Positions 10,264-17,119 of a DNA stretch of 26,682 nucleotides are shown one piece after another. Source of the DNA: Candidatus Aenigmatarchaeota archaeon (GTDB lineage: Archaea; Aenigmatarchaeota; Aenigmatarchaeia; QMZP01); the NCBI GenBank assembly GCA_016782405.1, contig JADHYO010000011.1, forward strand, positions 1 to 26,682, in the 5' to 3' direction. Both the position numbers and the translations under genes were made by a program. Position 1 is the first letter of the stretch; each line of letters opens with the position of its first letter. The notes under the pieces are model-generated. The model was not told the origin of the DNA and did no database searches. It saw nothing but the letters and a program-made list of their open reading frames with translations.

Positions 10264-10472
10264 TCATCTCCCCCCTTTTTGCTCACCTGCCAGACATTAA
10301 TATTACTTATCCTTAAACCACTCACCTTGCCATGTATTTGGAGCTTTAGGCAGTGCCGATCAATTGTGTGCCATGCCCTTTTTGTTTTTAAGGAAATCTC
10401 CCGAGTGGAAACTGGTTGGCTGGATTGTTTCAGTACCTTCAGGATTTCTTTGTCGATTGTTTCAATACCCAT
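10260..10472 (-). CDS. Small winged-helix DNA-binding protein, first gene of the giant-surface-protein operon
   Basis: 70-aa ORF with an HTH-like core (STREISLKTKRAWHTIDRHCLKLQIHGKV + wing). Its stop overlaps the giant ORF start (ATGA). A TATA-like box lies ~30 bp upstream. Confidence 0.45.
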   Translation of the reverse strand: MGIETIDKEILKVLKQSSQPVSTREISLKTKRAWHTIDRHCLKLQIHGKVSGLRISNINVWQVSKKGGDE

Positions 10473-10498
10473 ACTACATTAAAATTGTTTCAGGTTGC

Positions 10499-10506
10499 AT
10501 ATAAAT
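10499..10506 (-). promoter_or_regulatory. TATA-like box (TTTATATG on minus strand) for the wHTH-giant protein operon
   Basis: AT box ~31 bp upstream of the minus-strand start codon at 10472, consistent with a leaderless archaeal transcript. Confidence 0.3.
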
Positions 10507-10542
10507 GGCGAAAGATGATTCTCATTGAGTGTTACTAGTGTT

Positions 10543-10560
10543 GGTGCGAACGTTCGCACC
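10543..10560. promoter_or_regulatory. Perfect 18-bp palindrome GGTGCGAACGTTCGCACC
   Basis: Read directly from sequence. Lies ~40 bp upstream of the putative TATA of the minus-strand operon and ~100 bp downstream of the KaiC-like gene 3' end. Candidate operator or UAS. Confidence 0.4.
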
Positions 10561-10660
10561 TTGAAATCGGTGTGCTGTGTGGTGGTGAAACAGTATAACA
10601 ATGTTATATTAACCCAGAAACAATCAAAAATAACAGTTCAACATTCAATGAAACAATTAC

Positions 10661-11650
10661 TTAATCCGCTTCCCCAAAAACTTGCTGGTTGGGGTAGACA
10701 ACAATTCCGTTCTCAGTTATTTCCATTGCCACAATCTTTTCCTCGTGGCGGGCTCCGCGAAGCTTTAGCATCTCAATGGCGCGCTCGCGAACATTGCCGC
10801 GCTTGATGTTGTAGATGACAACCACCCCGTCTGCAAGAAACTCCTCGACCCCGGTTTGGCTGAAGATTGTGGGAACTTGTTTTGTTTCTGTTATTAGAAA
10901 AGCGTTCGCTTCTATTCTTTCAAAGAACCGAAACAGTTGTTCAATATAGGCACGGTAGCTTTCTTCTTTCCCTGTGAATGCAGAGGCTATTGCAGTCAGT
11001 GAGTCCAATGCAATGACATCCGGACGGAATCCTTTAGGAAGAATTAGGGGCTCCATATCTATCAAGAGCTCGCCCTTAGCCTTCATTAGGAGAGCATCAA
11101 CAGAGCGGGTGATTTCAAATGGGTTGAATCTCTTTATTACCAGGTTGCCGCTCTTTATCATGGAATCAGCATCCCACCCAAACTCCTCTATGTGGTCCTT
11201 CAGCCTTTCCTCAGACTCTTCGAAACTCATGTAGATACATTTCTTACCATCGCTTGCTTTTTTCATTAATGTTTGAAGGCAGAAAATAGTTTTTCCACTC
11301 CCCGCACCACCTGCCACAATGACCGCATAGCCCTTGGGGATACCTTTCTCCAGAAGCTGGTCAAAACCAGGAATTCCAGTCTTGATGTACTGCTTAACTC
11401 TCCCTGCTTTTTTGTGGGTTGCACTGTCAATCACGTGCTTGACTGGGGCACGCTGCTTCAGAATATCAGCGTGCTTTTTCTCAATTTCTCCGCCCTTGAG
11501 TTTTTTCTCAATTTCACTCTTCACTTTAGTAGAATCAAATGTTTCGCTTGCTGGTTTCGGATCGGACTTTGCACTCTCTGTTTTTTTATTTGGTTTTTTT
11601 TCTGGTGTACTGAACGTAACCCTCTTTTCTTTTTTCCTAAAGCCTAACAT
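10661..11650 (-). CDS. KaiC-like single-domain RecA-superfamily ATPase with basic, disordered N-terminal extension
   Basis: GIPGFDQLLEKGIPKGYAVIVAGGAGSGKT (Walker A), Walker B/catalytic Glu region LIDMEPL...VIALDS, and C-terminal EMLKLRGARHEEKI typical of archaeal KaiC/RadA-like ATPases. The first ~90 aa are Lys-rich and low-complexity. Confidence 0.8.
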   Translation of the reverse strand: MLGFRKKEKRVTFSTPEKKPNKKTESAKSDPKPASETFDSTKVKSEIEKKLKGGEIEKKHADILKQRAPVKHVIDSATHKKAGRVKQYIKTGIPGFDQLLEKGIPKGYAVIVAGGAGSGKTIFCLQTLMKKASDGKKCIYMSFEESEERLKDHIEEFGWDADSMIKSGNLVIKRFNPFEITRSVDALLMKAKGELLIDMEPLILPKGFRPDVIALDSLTAIASAFTGKEESYRAYIEQLFRFFERIEANAFLITETKQVPTIFSQTGVEEFLADGVVVIYNIKRGNVRERAIEMLKLRGARHEEKIVAMEITENGIVVYPNQQVFGEAD

Positions 11651-11776
11651 AGTTAATATTTATTTGAAATGATATAAAAGATTTGCCGAATTTTACCATT
11701 TGCTCGCACGGTTTGCTAGCGTTATTAGCTTCTCAAAATTCTTTCCTTTTAATATTTCCAGCAACATTAATTAATA

Positions 11777-12325
11777 ATGGACCAATTGGGTTCTCAGTTT
11801 AAAGACCTTCCGGATGGTTTTATTGCGCTGGTGCTTACAGACGCAGAAGAAATGCTGAAGACCAATATTACAATACTTAAGGAATTGACAAAGCAAGATC
11901 ACATTGGGCTTTACATAACAGTCAATCAGCCATACAAGAGACTGCTCCAGCTGCTGGATAACAACAAGATTCCCACAGACAGGATGTTTTTTATTGACTG
12001 TGTGACAAGGATGGCTGGAGGGACGTCAAAGAGGGAGAATAACTGCATATTCATTGCAAGCCCTTCTGGCCTTACGGAGCTGGGGATTGCAATTTCGCAG
12101 GCACTGGAAAGCTTCCCTGACAAGAAGAAATACATTTACATGGATGCGCTTTCCACTCTGATAATTTACAACACTGCTGGATCTATTGCAAAGTTTTCGC
12201 ACTTTATCATGAGCAAAATAAAAATCCTCGGGGTGTCTGGGGTATTCATAGCTGCAAGAAAGGAAGTTGATGAACAATTGATTGCGCAGATTGCGCAGTT
12301 TTGTGATAAGGTAATTAGGACATGA
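11777..12325 (+). CDS. DUF835-like protein: predicted inactivated (P-loop-less) KaiC/RecA-fold domain
   Basis: No Walker A. Segments GLYITVNQPYKRL...MFFIDCVT and YIYMDALSTLIIYNTAGSIAKFSHFI...ILGVSGVFIAARKEVDEQ resemble, from recollection, archaeal DUF835 domains (…GLCITRTHP…WLS… / …LDGLEYLI..NGF..VLKFL…). Divergently transcribed from the KaiC-like gene. Confidence 0.45.
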   Translation: MDQLGSQFKDLPDGFIALVLTDAEEMLKTNITILKELTKQDHIGLYITVNQPYKRLLQLLDNNKIPTDRMFFIDCVTRMAGGTSKRENNCIFIASPSGLTELGIAISQALESFPDKKKYIYMDALSTLIIYNTAGSIAKFSHFIMSKIKILGVSGVFIAARKEVDEQLIAQIAQFCDKVIRT

Positions 12326-12369
12326 AGCAGTTGTGATTGATATAAAAGGAGGAAAAACAGAATATTAAT

Positions 12370-12792
12370 ATGCCGTCAGCAATTGAGGTTGGGGTTTATC
12401 TTGTGGTATTTCTTGGGGCGTGCTACACTGTAATGATGCTTTTATATGCGCAGAGGCGTTTCCTTCGCGGTGAAATTAAGGACTTCATAAATGCTATTGT
12501 CGCAGCTGCTACTGCCTTTTTGTTAGGATCGCTTTTGATTTTGCTGATGAATATTTATTCCAACACTGTATTTTACTCCACGCTATTGCTTGCTGCAGGG
12601 TTTGCGTTCCTGCTTACAAGTGTTTATTTTGTGAAGGGCGCTGTGAAGCTGCACGAGGTTTCCAAGGTTTTTGGGTTTGCTGAGGTGGAAAAGGAACTTG
12701 GATCAGCCTTAATGGGGAAGCGGGTGCCTCTGCCGAAGGCGCGGAAGCCTGCAAAGAAAGCACCAAAGAGGAAAGCATCCCGAGCCGCATGA
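12370..12792 (+). CDS. Small integral membrane protein (3-4 TM helices) with Lys/Arg/Pro-rich C-terminal tail
   Basis: Hydrophobic segments VGVYLVVFLGACYTVMMLLYA, AIVAAATAFLLGSLLILLM, STLLLAAGFAFLLTSVYFV. Tail PLPKARKPAKKAPKRKASRAA. Lies 44 nt downstream of the DUF835-like gene. Confidence 0.5.
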   Translation: MPSAIEVGVYLVVFLGACYTVMMLLYAQRRFLRGEIKDFINAIVAAATAFLLGSLLILLMNIYSNTVFYSTLLLAAGFAFLLTSVYFVKGAVKLHEVSKVFGFAEVEKELGSALMGKRVPLPKARKPAKKAPKRKASRAA

Positions 12793-12850
12793 GCAGGATG
12801 TTATTTTAGTGATTGGGTGCTGGTGTCCAGATGAATTGGTTCTGTTTTGG

Positions 12851-12877
12851 GTTATATACCGATAGATTTATATACTA
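12851..12877 (+). promoter_or_regulatory. Tandem TATA-like boxes (GTTATATACC / TTTATATACT) upstream of wHTH-MNT gene 1
   Basis: AT boxes 25-50 bp upstream of the start at 12902/12908. Confidence 0.35.
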
Positions 12878-12880
12878 ATG

Positions 12881-12896
12881 GTGTATAATTATACAC
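12881..12896. promoter_or_regulatory. Perfect 16-bp palindrome GTGTATAATTATACAC abutting the wHTH-MNT start codon (putative autoregulatory operator)
   Basis: Reverse complement is identical to the sequence. Lies 5 bp upstream of GTG 12902 and overlaps the TATA/TSS region. Confidence 0.5.
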
Positions 12897-12901
12897 TGTA
12901 G

Positions 12902-13501
12902 GTGTATATGTTGACTGAAAAAGAGACCCGGGTATTGAGATATTTGGCTGTACATTCCAAGGATTATCCTTCCATCAATAAAATAGCAAAGAAATGCAAA
13001 ATAACCCCAAATGGGGCATACAAAATACTGAAAAAACTTGAGAATGAGGGGGTACTACTGTTCAAAAGAATTTCCAATATAAAATCTTATTACATTGACT
13101 TCAGGAACAAAAAATCCCTGAATATAATGGAGCTTGCATTAAATCCTAGAATAATAAAAAAAAGAGTGCAATACAGAATTGAAGATATAAAACCAATGGA
13201 GAGAATAACAGATGGTTGTGTCTTATTTGGCTCATATTTGAGTGAAAAAAAGGAACCTAATGATCTGGATGTCTTGTTTGTTTTTGAAAAACGGAAATAC
13301 AAGACTTACCAACAAACCCTGAGCAAAATAAAAGAAATATGCCCGATAAAAATACATGATGTGATTCAAACAAAACAGGATTTAATAAACAACCTGGAAA
13401 AGGGCGATAAGGTGATTGAAAATATTCTGGAGAATGGAACTGTTCTGTGGGGCCACAGTTTAATAACAGAGGTGTTAAAATGCCAGTTAAAGAAAAACTA
13501 A
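12902..13501 (+). CDS. wHTH-fused minimal nucleotidyltransferase (MNT; Pol-beta NTase superfamily), antitoxin-like partner of the downstream HEPN-like gene
   Basis: N-terminal winged helix (SINKIAKKCKITPNGAYKILKKLENEGVL). NTase signature GSYLSEKKEPNDLDVLFVF (G[S/G]-x9-D-x-D). Start is GTG 12902 or ATG 12908. Confidence 0.7.
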   Translation: MYMLTEKETRVLRYLAVHSKDYPSINKIAKKCKITPNGAYKILKKLENEGVLLFKRISNIKSYYIDFRNKKSLNIMELALNPRIIKKRVQYRIEDIKPMERITDGCVLFGSYLSEKKEPNDLDVLFVFEKRKYKTYQQTLSKIKEICPIKIHDVIQTKQDLINNLEKGDKVIENILENGTVLWGHSLITEVLKCQLKKN

Positions 13502-13544
13502 AAAATGTTTTAAAGAGGGGGAAAGGGGTGAAAGGCACAAAGGG

Positions 13545-13988
13545 TTGAAGAATGTGGAAGTATATGAAGAAAAAATTAGGGGTCATATAGCAAAAGCAAA
13601 CAAGAACTTTCACGCAATAGAAGACTTTAGGAGAGTGGGGCATTCAGACTGGTCGCCTTCTGCAGCCTTTTATTCAATCTATCATCTGCTGCTGGCATTG
13701 CTTGCCAAATATGGAACAGAATCAAGGAACCAGAGCTGCACATTTGCTTTTATTGAAGACCTCATTGATAAAGGGGGGATATCCCTAACAAAAGATGACC
13801 TAAAGCAGATATTTGACAAAGGTGTTAAGGAGAATCTGGAACAAAGCGACAAAATATTGGATGTGAGAGAATTCACCCAGTATTCCACCAAAACAAACAT
13901 GGAAGACAAAGAATTTGAGCACATGAAAAACAAAACAAAGATCTTGTTTGATAGAATAAAGAAGGAAATTGAAAGGGGACTTGAATAG
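13545..13988 (+). CDS. HEPN-like domain protein (partner of MNT), canonical Rx4-6H His apparently absent
   Basis: All-helical. SAAFYSIYHLLLALLAKYGTESRNQSCTFAFIEDL aligns by eye to the HEPN helix-2/3 region (…AEKALKALL…G…THDLLEL). The Arg of the motif is present (ESRNQ) but His is replaced by Phe. A strong purine-rich RBS (GAGGGGGAAAGGGGTGAAAGG) precedes a TTG/GTG start. Confidence 0.5.
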   Translation: MKNVEVYEEKIRGHIAKANKNFHAIEDFRRVGHSDWSPSAAFYSIYHLLLALLAKYGTESRNQSCTFAFIEDLIDKGGISLTKDDLKQIFDKGVKENLEQSDKILDVREFTQYSTKTNMEDKEFEHMKNKTKILFDRIKKEIERGLE

Positions 13989-14078
13989 GAAGGCCTCCAG
14001 GGCTGCGTGATCGGGGATGTTATTTTGACGGATAGTGTGCTAATTGTAAGGCAAATGTTGGTTTCAGTAAAACAAAGC

Positions 14079-14086
14079 TTATATAC
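14079..14086 (+). promoter_or_regulatory. TATA-like box TTATATAC upstream of wHTH-MNT gene 2
   Basis: AT box ~55 bp upstream of the ATG at 14138. Confidence 0.3.
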
Positions 14087-14099
14087 ATGCAAATCTTAT

Positions 14100-14134
14100 A
14101 TTAACTGTGAGTTAATACATATTAACTGTGAGTT
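14100..14134 (+). promoter_or_regulatory. Two direct repeats ATTAACTGTGAGTT spaced 21 bp centre-to-centre, immediately upstream of wHTH-MNT gene 2 (putative operator)
   Basis: 14100-14113 and 14121-14134 are identical 14-mers. Two helical turns apart. They end 4 bp before the ATG. Confidence 0.5.
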
Positions 14135-14137
14135 TAT

Positions 14138-14731
14138 ATGAAAGGGCTAACTGATAAGGAAATGGAAATTTTGTCTCTTTTGTTTAGGGATTTCTCTAAC
14201 AATTACAATGCAAACAACATTGCAAAAAAAATAGGGATAACCCCAGCCGGGGCTTTTAAGGCATTGAAAAGGCTGGAGGAAAAAAAGGTGGTTATTGGGA
14301 AAAGGATGGGCAAAGCCACATTTTACAAGGCGAATTTAGATGAATATCACTCATTCAGGACGATTGAACTTTTGTTAATAAACGAGGCAAGGAGCAAAGC
14401 CTCCAGGTGGATATTTGAGTTTAGGGATATTCTTGATAAAGTGGAAATAGCAATCATATTTGGCTCTGTTATCAGGGATGCAAAAAAGGCAAATGATGTT
14501 GATATTTTATTGGTACTGAAAAAAGAGAAAAACAGCACAGTAAATAAAATAATAAGGGAAAGAAAGCAGCTATCAAACAAACCAATACATGTAGTAAAGC
14601 AGACACCTTCTGATTTAGTCAGGAATCTAAAAAATAAGGACAAAGTCATCCTCAACGCAATAAAAAGCGGGCAAATACTGTGCGGGTATGATAAGCTGTT
14701 GGATGTTGTTAAAAATGTCACAAGCTTCTAA
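14138..14731 (+). CDS. wHTH-fused minimal nucleotidyltransferase (MNT), paralog of 12902-13501
   Basis: wHTH (NNIAKKIGITPAGAFKALKRLEEKKVV). NTase signature IIFGSVIRDAKKANDVDILLV. Same domain order as gene 12902. Confidence 0.7.
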   Translation: MKGLTDKEMEILSLLFRDFSNNYNANNIAKKIGITPAGAFKALKRLEEKKVVIGKRMGKATFYKANLDEYHSFRTIELLLINEARSKASRWIFEFRDILDKVEIAIIFGSVIRDAKKANDVDILLVLKKEKNSTVNKIIRERKQLSNKPIHVVKQTPSDLVRNLKNKDKVILNAIKSGQILCGYDKLLDVVKNVTSF

Positions 14732-15227
14732 CAAAGTCAAATGGTGCTTGAATAAGGCTGAGAAAGAATTAGAACAATCAGACCTTCATAGGGGCTTGGT
14801 TAAAACAGAAGAGAATATGGGATTATCAGAAAGGCATATTGTCAAAGCTGAGCACAACCTGAAGGCTGCAACAGACTTTGATAAAATCGGGTATTCAGAT
14901 TGGTCTGCTTCTGCTTTCTTCTATACAATATACCATTGCTTTTTGTCAATACTTTCGAAGTTTGGGTATGAAAGCAGGAATCAAGAATGCACAATTGCCG
15001 CAATTGAGATGTTAAAAGAGGAAGGAAAAATAGATATTGACGACAAATTTATTAACAGCCTAAAAATAACTAAAATTGAAGAGATGCACGAAAGCAGCAT
15101 TATAAAGGCTAGGGAAGACTTCCAGTATGGGGTTGAACTGGAATTCAAAGAAAGGGAGCAATTCAACAGAATGAGTCAAATGTGCAAGGAAATCATTCAG
15201 GTGACAAATGATATTATACATGAATGA
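14715..15227 (+). CDS. HEPN-like domain protein, paralog of 13545-13988 (His of Rx4-6H again absent: ESRNQECTI)
   Basis: SASAFFYTIYHCFLSILSKFGYESRNQECTIAAIEML parallels the first copy. The ORF track starts at 14688, but the Met at 14715 gives a 17-nt overlap with the MNT gene and matches the paralog N-terminus. Confidence 0.5.
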   Translation: MSQASNKVKWCLNKAEKELEQSDLHRGLVKTEENMGLSERHIVKAEHNLKAATDFDKIGYSDWSASAFFYTIYHCFLSILSKFGYESRNQECTIAAIEMLKEEGKIDIDDKFINSLKITKIEEMHESSIIKAREDFQYGVELEFKEREQFNRMSQMCKEIIQVTNDIIHE

Positions 15228-15252
15228 GTCCTACCACACTGCCTGAGGTTCC

Positions 15253-15912
15253 TCATTTCCTGTCCACAAATGCTGCAATAATTGCTGCCACTGCAAAGAG
15301 CACTGCAAACTCGCAATACACTGAGGGGAACATTATTCCCAGCGAGGGGAGGATTAGTAGGAGGATTAATGCTGGGAGCAGGGAAAACAGAACAGCAAGG
15401 AAGATTATGATGTCCAGCCTCCTCCTGGAAGGATTAGCCTTCTTGGCGTCTTTCAGTATGAAATAACTCAGCAGCGCAATGTATCCAAAGTAATACAGTG
15501 AATAGATTACAGTAGGGGCTGGGTTCAGGTGGTCTGTGAGCAATGTCCTGACCACCACAAAGAAGGTGCTGCATTCTCCCTGGATGACAAAGCTTGTTGC
15601 CAGTGCTACTGCTGAGAATATTAGCGGGGGGATGTACAGCAAGGGGAATTTGAACTTCCTTTTGGTGAAGCACATGATGAAGTGCAGTCCTATTGCAGGG
15701 AGGAAGGAATAAACGAGGAAACCAATCTCAGCCCATATAAGCTGGCCTGTTGTGCACAACATGAACTCTGTGAGCTGGTAAACGCCGAGCAGTGAAAGCA
15801 GAACAGCAAAGAACTTGTTCACTAGCGACCTTCTAAATAGAAGAAGAATCATCACCACAATAAAGAATTCAAACAGCGCAGTTGTTAGGGAGACTGCTGG
15901 TGTGAAGCACAT
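15253..15912 (-). CDS. Polytopic integral membrane protein (~7 predicted TM helices), downstream of radical-SAM gene
   Basis: Alternating hydrophobic stretches throughout 219 aa. No recognisable catalytic motif. 47-nt gap after the radical-SAM gene on the same strand. Confidence 0.5.
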   Translation of the reverse strand: MCFTPAVSLTTALFEFFIVVMILLLFRRSLVNKFFAVLLSLLGVYQLTEFMLCTTGQLIWAEIGFLVYSFLPAIGLHFIMCFTKRKFKFPLLYIPPLIFSAVALATSFVIQGECSTFFVVVRTLLTDHLNPAPTVIYSLYYFGYIALLSYFILKDAKKANPSRRRLDIIIFLAVLFSLLPALILLLILPSLGIMFPSVYCEFAVLFAVAAIIAAFVDRK

Positions 15913-15959
15913 GGTTAATATATGGGGGACTGATTAATTTATTTGGCATTGGCTGGTTC

Positions 15960-17006
15960 TCATCTTTTTGCATGTAATTCAGAAAGCACCATTACATCAT
16001 CTAAGAAACCGGCCTCTACTTTTTCAAGTTCTTCGTGAGAATAACTCCCATCTCGCAGTCTTGCCCATATTGGCATATTACCCACAGTTGCCCACCAAAA
16101 TTCATCTTCAGTTTTATCATCGAACCCCCAATCTCTATCGTGTATTTCTTGTAATCGTTTTTGAATAGTCTGATAACCATCTGAAAGGATATTGCCTACT
16201 ATTCTTCTTTCTCCTTGTGAAAGCCAAGTATAATAACTAATATTTCCACAACTGTCTAAAAAGGCATAAGGTTCGGGGGTGTCATTTCTTCCTACAAATT
16301 GTATTCGAGAATCACCTAATTTTTTCATTCTTTGTTCTGTTAAAAGAAATTTCGCTAAAAGGCAATCTGTATAACCTCTTGCTGAAGTCCCGCCGTCCCG
16401 AAGCCTATCAATTCTTTGAATTCTTGCGATTAATTCACTCTGACTTCCCCCCGCATCAATAGCAGATTTAGATGCCAAATCGTCATTAAACTCATAGATT
16501 CTCCAATAATCAAATTCATTTTGACTGACATAATCATAAACTTGTGGAATATCTTGATGGTTTATTGCTGTAAAAACAGTATGATACCCCAATCTAACAC
16601 ATCTTCCCAAAATTGTTGATGCTAAATGAGGAAGTCTGTCCATTACTGCAAGAAATTTTTCTCCTCTTAATTCCTTTTGGGTATCTCTATCAGTACTATC
16701 AATAGGAAGTGCAATATCATCAACTTCCAATTCAGGTAAGATATCATCTAATAATAACCCATTGGTATGAAGACTGATGTATTTCCCAGCTTGTTTAAGA
16801 ATATGTGTAACTTCGGCCAAATCTTTGACTAAGGTGGGTTCTCCTCCTCCCAATGTCACTTTAGCAACATCACTATCTGCTAAAACATGGGCAAGATTTG
16901 CATTTCCACCTTCAGCTTCATTGTATGTAAATTTTGGTTTAAAACAATATACACAATCAAGATTACATCTATCTGCGATATACCAATGTACGTGTTCCCC
17001 AACCAT
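15960..17006 (-). CDS. Radical SAM domain protein of unknown specificity (no SPASM/auxiliary Cys cluster), C-terminal Trp/Asp-rich domain
   Basis: N-terminal CNLDCVYC (CxxxCxxC) at residues 14-21. GGGEPTL glycine-rich SAM motif. A single later Cys. C-terminal region WGFDDKTEDEFWWATVGNMPIW with no family I can place. Lower GC than flanking core genes. Confidence 0.7.
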   Translation of the reverse strand: MVGEHVHWYIADRCNLDCVYCFKPKFTYNEAEGGNANLAHVLADSDVAKVTLGGGEPTLVKDLAEVTHILKQAGKYISLHTNGLLLDDILPELEVDDIALPIDSTDRDTQKELRGEKFLAVMDRLPHLASTILGRCVRLGYHTVFTAINHQDIPQVYDYVSQNEFDYWRIYEFNDDLASKSAIDAGGSQSELIARIQRIDRLRDGGTSARGYTDCLLAKFLLTEQRMKKLGDSRIQFVGRNDTPEPYAFLDSCGNISYYTWLSQGERRIVGNILSDGYQTIQKRLQEIHDRDWGFDDKTEDEFWWATVGNMPIWARLRDGSYSHEELEKVEAGFLDDVMVLSELHAKR

Positions 17007-17119
17007 TATAATGAAAATATACTAAATATTATAAACATTGTTAATGTTGAGCATGCCCACTAACATCATCCATTACAACGCAGTAGAATGCTTATAAAGC
17101 AGGAGCACACTGTTTAACA

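Noticed and set aside
10473-10660. Intergenic region screened for a tRNA or small RNA gene
   Set aside because: No tRNA-like T-arm or acceptor features. The only striking structure is the 18-bp palindrome, which is reported separately.
14688-14714. Upstream extension of the second HEPN-like ORF (MISCWMLLK…)
   Set aside because: The extension overlaps the MNT gene by 44 nt and has no counterpart in the paralog. The Met at 14715 gives a typical short overlap.
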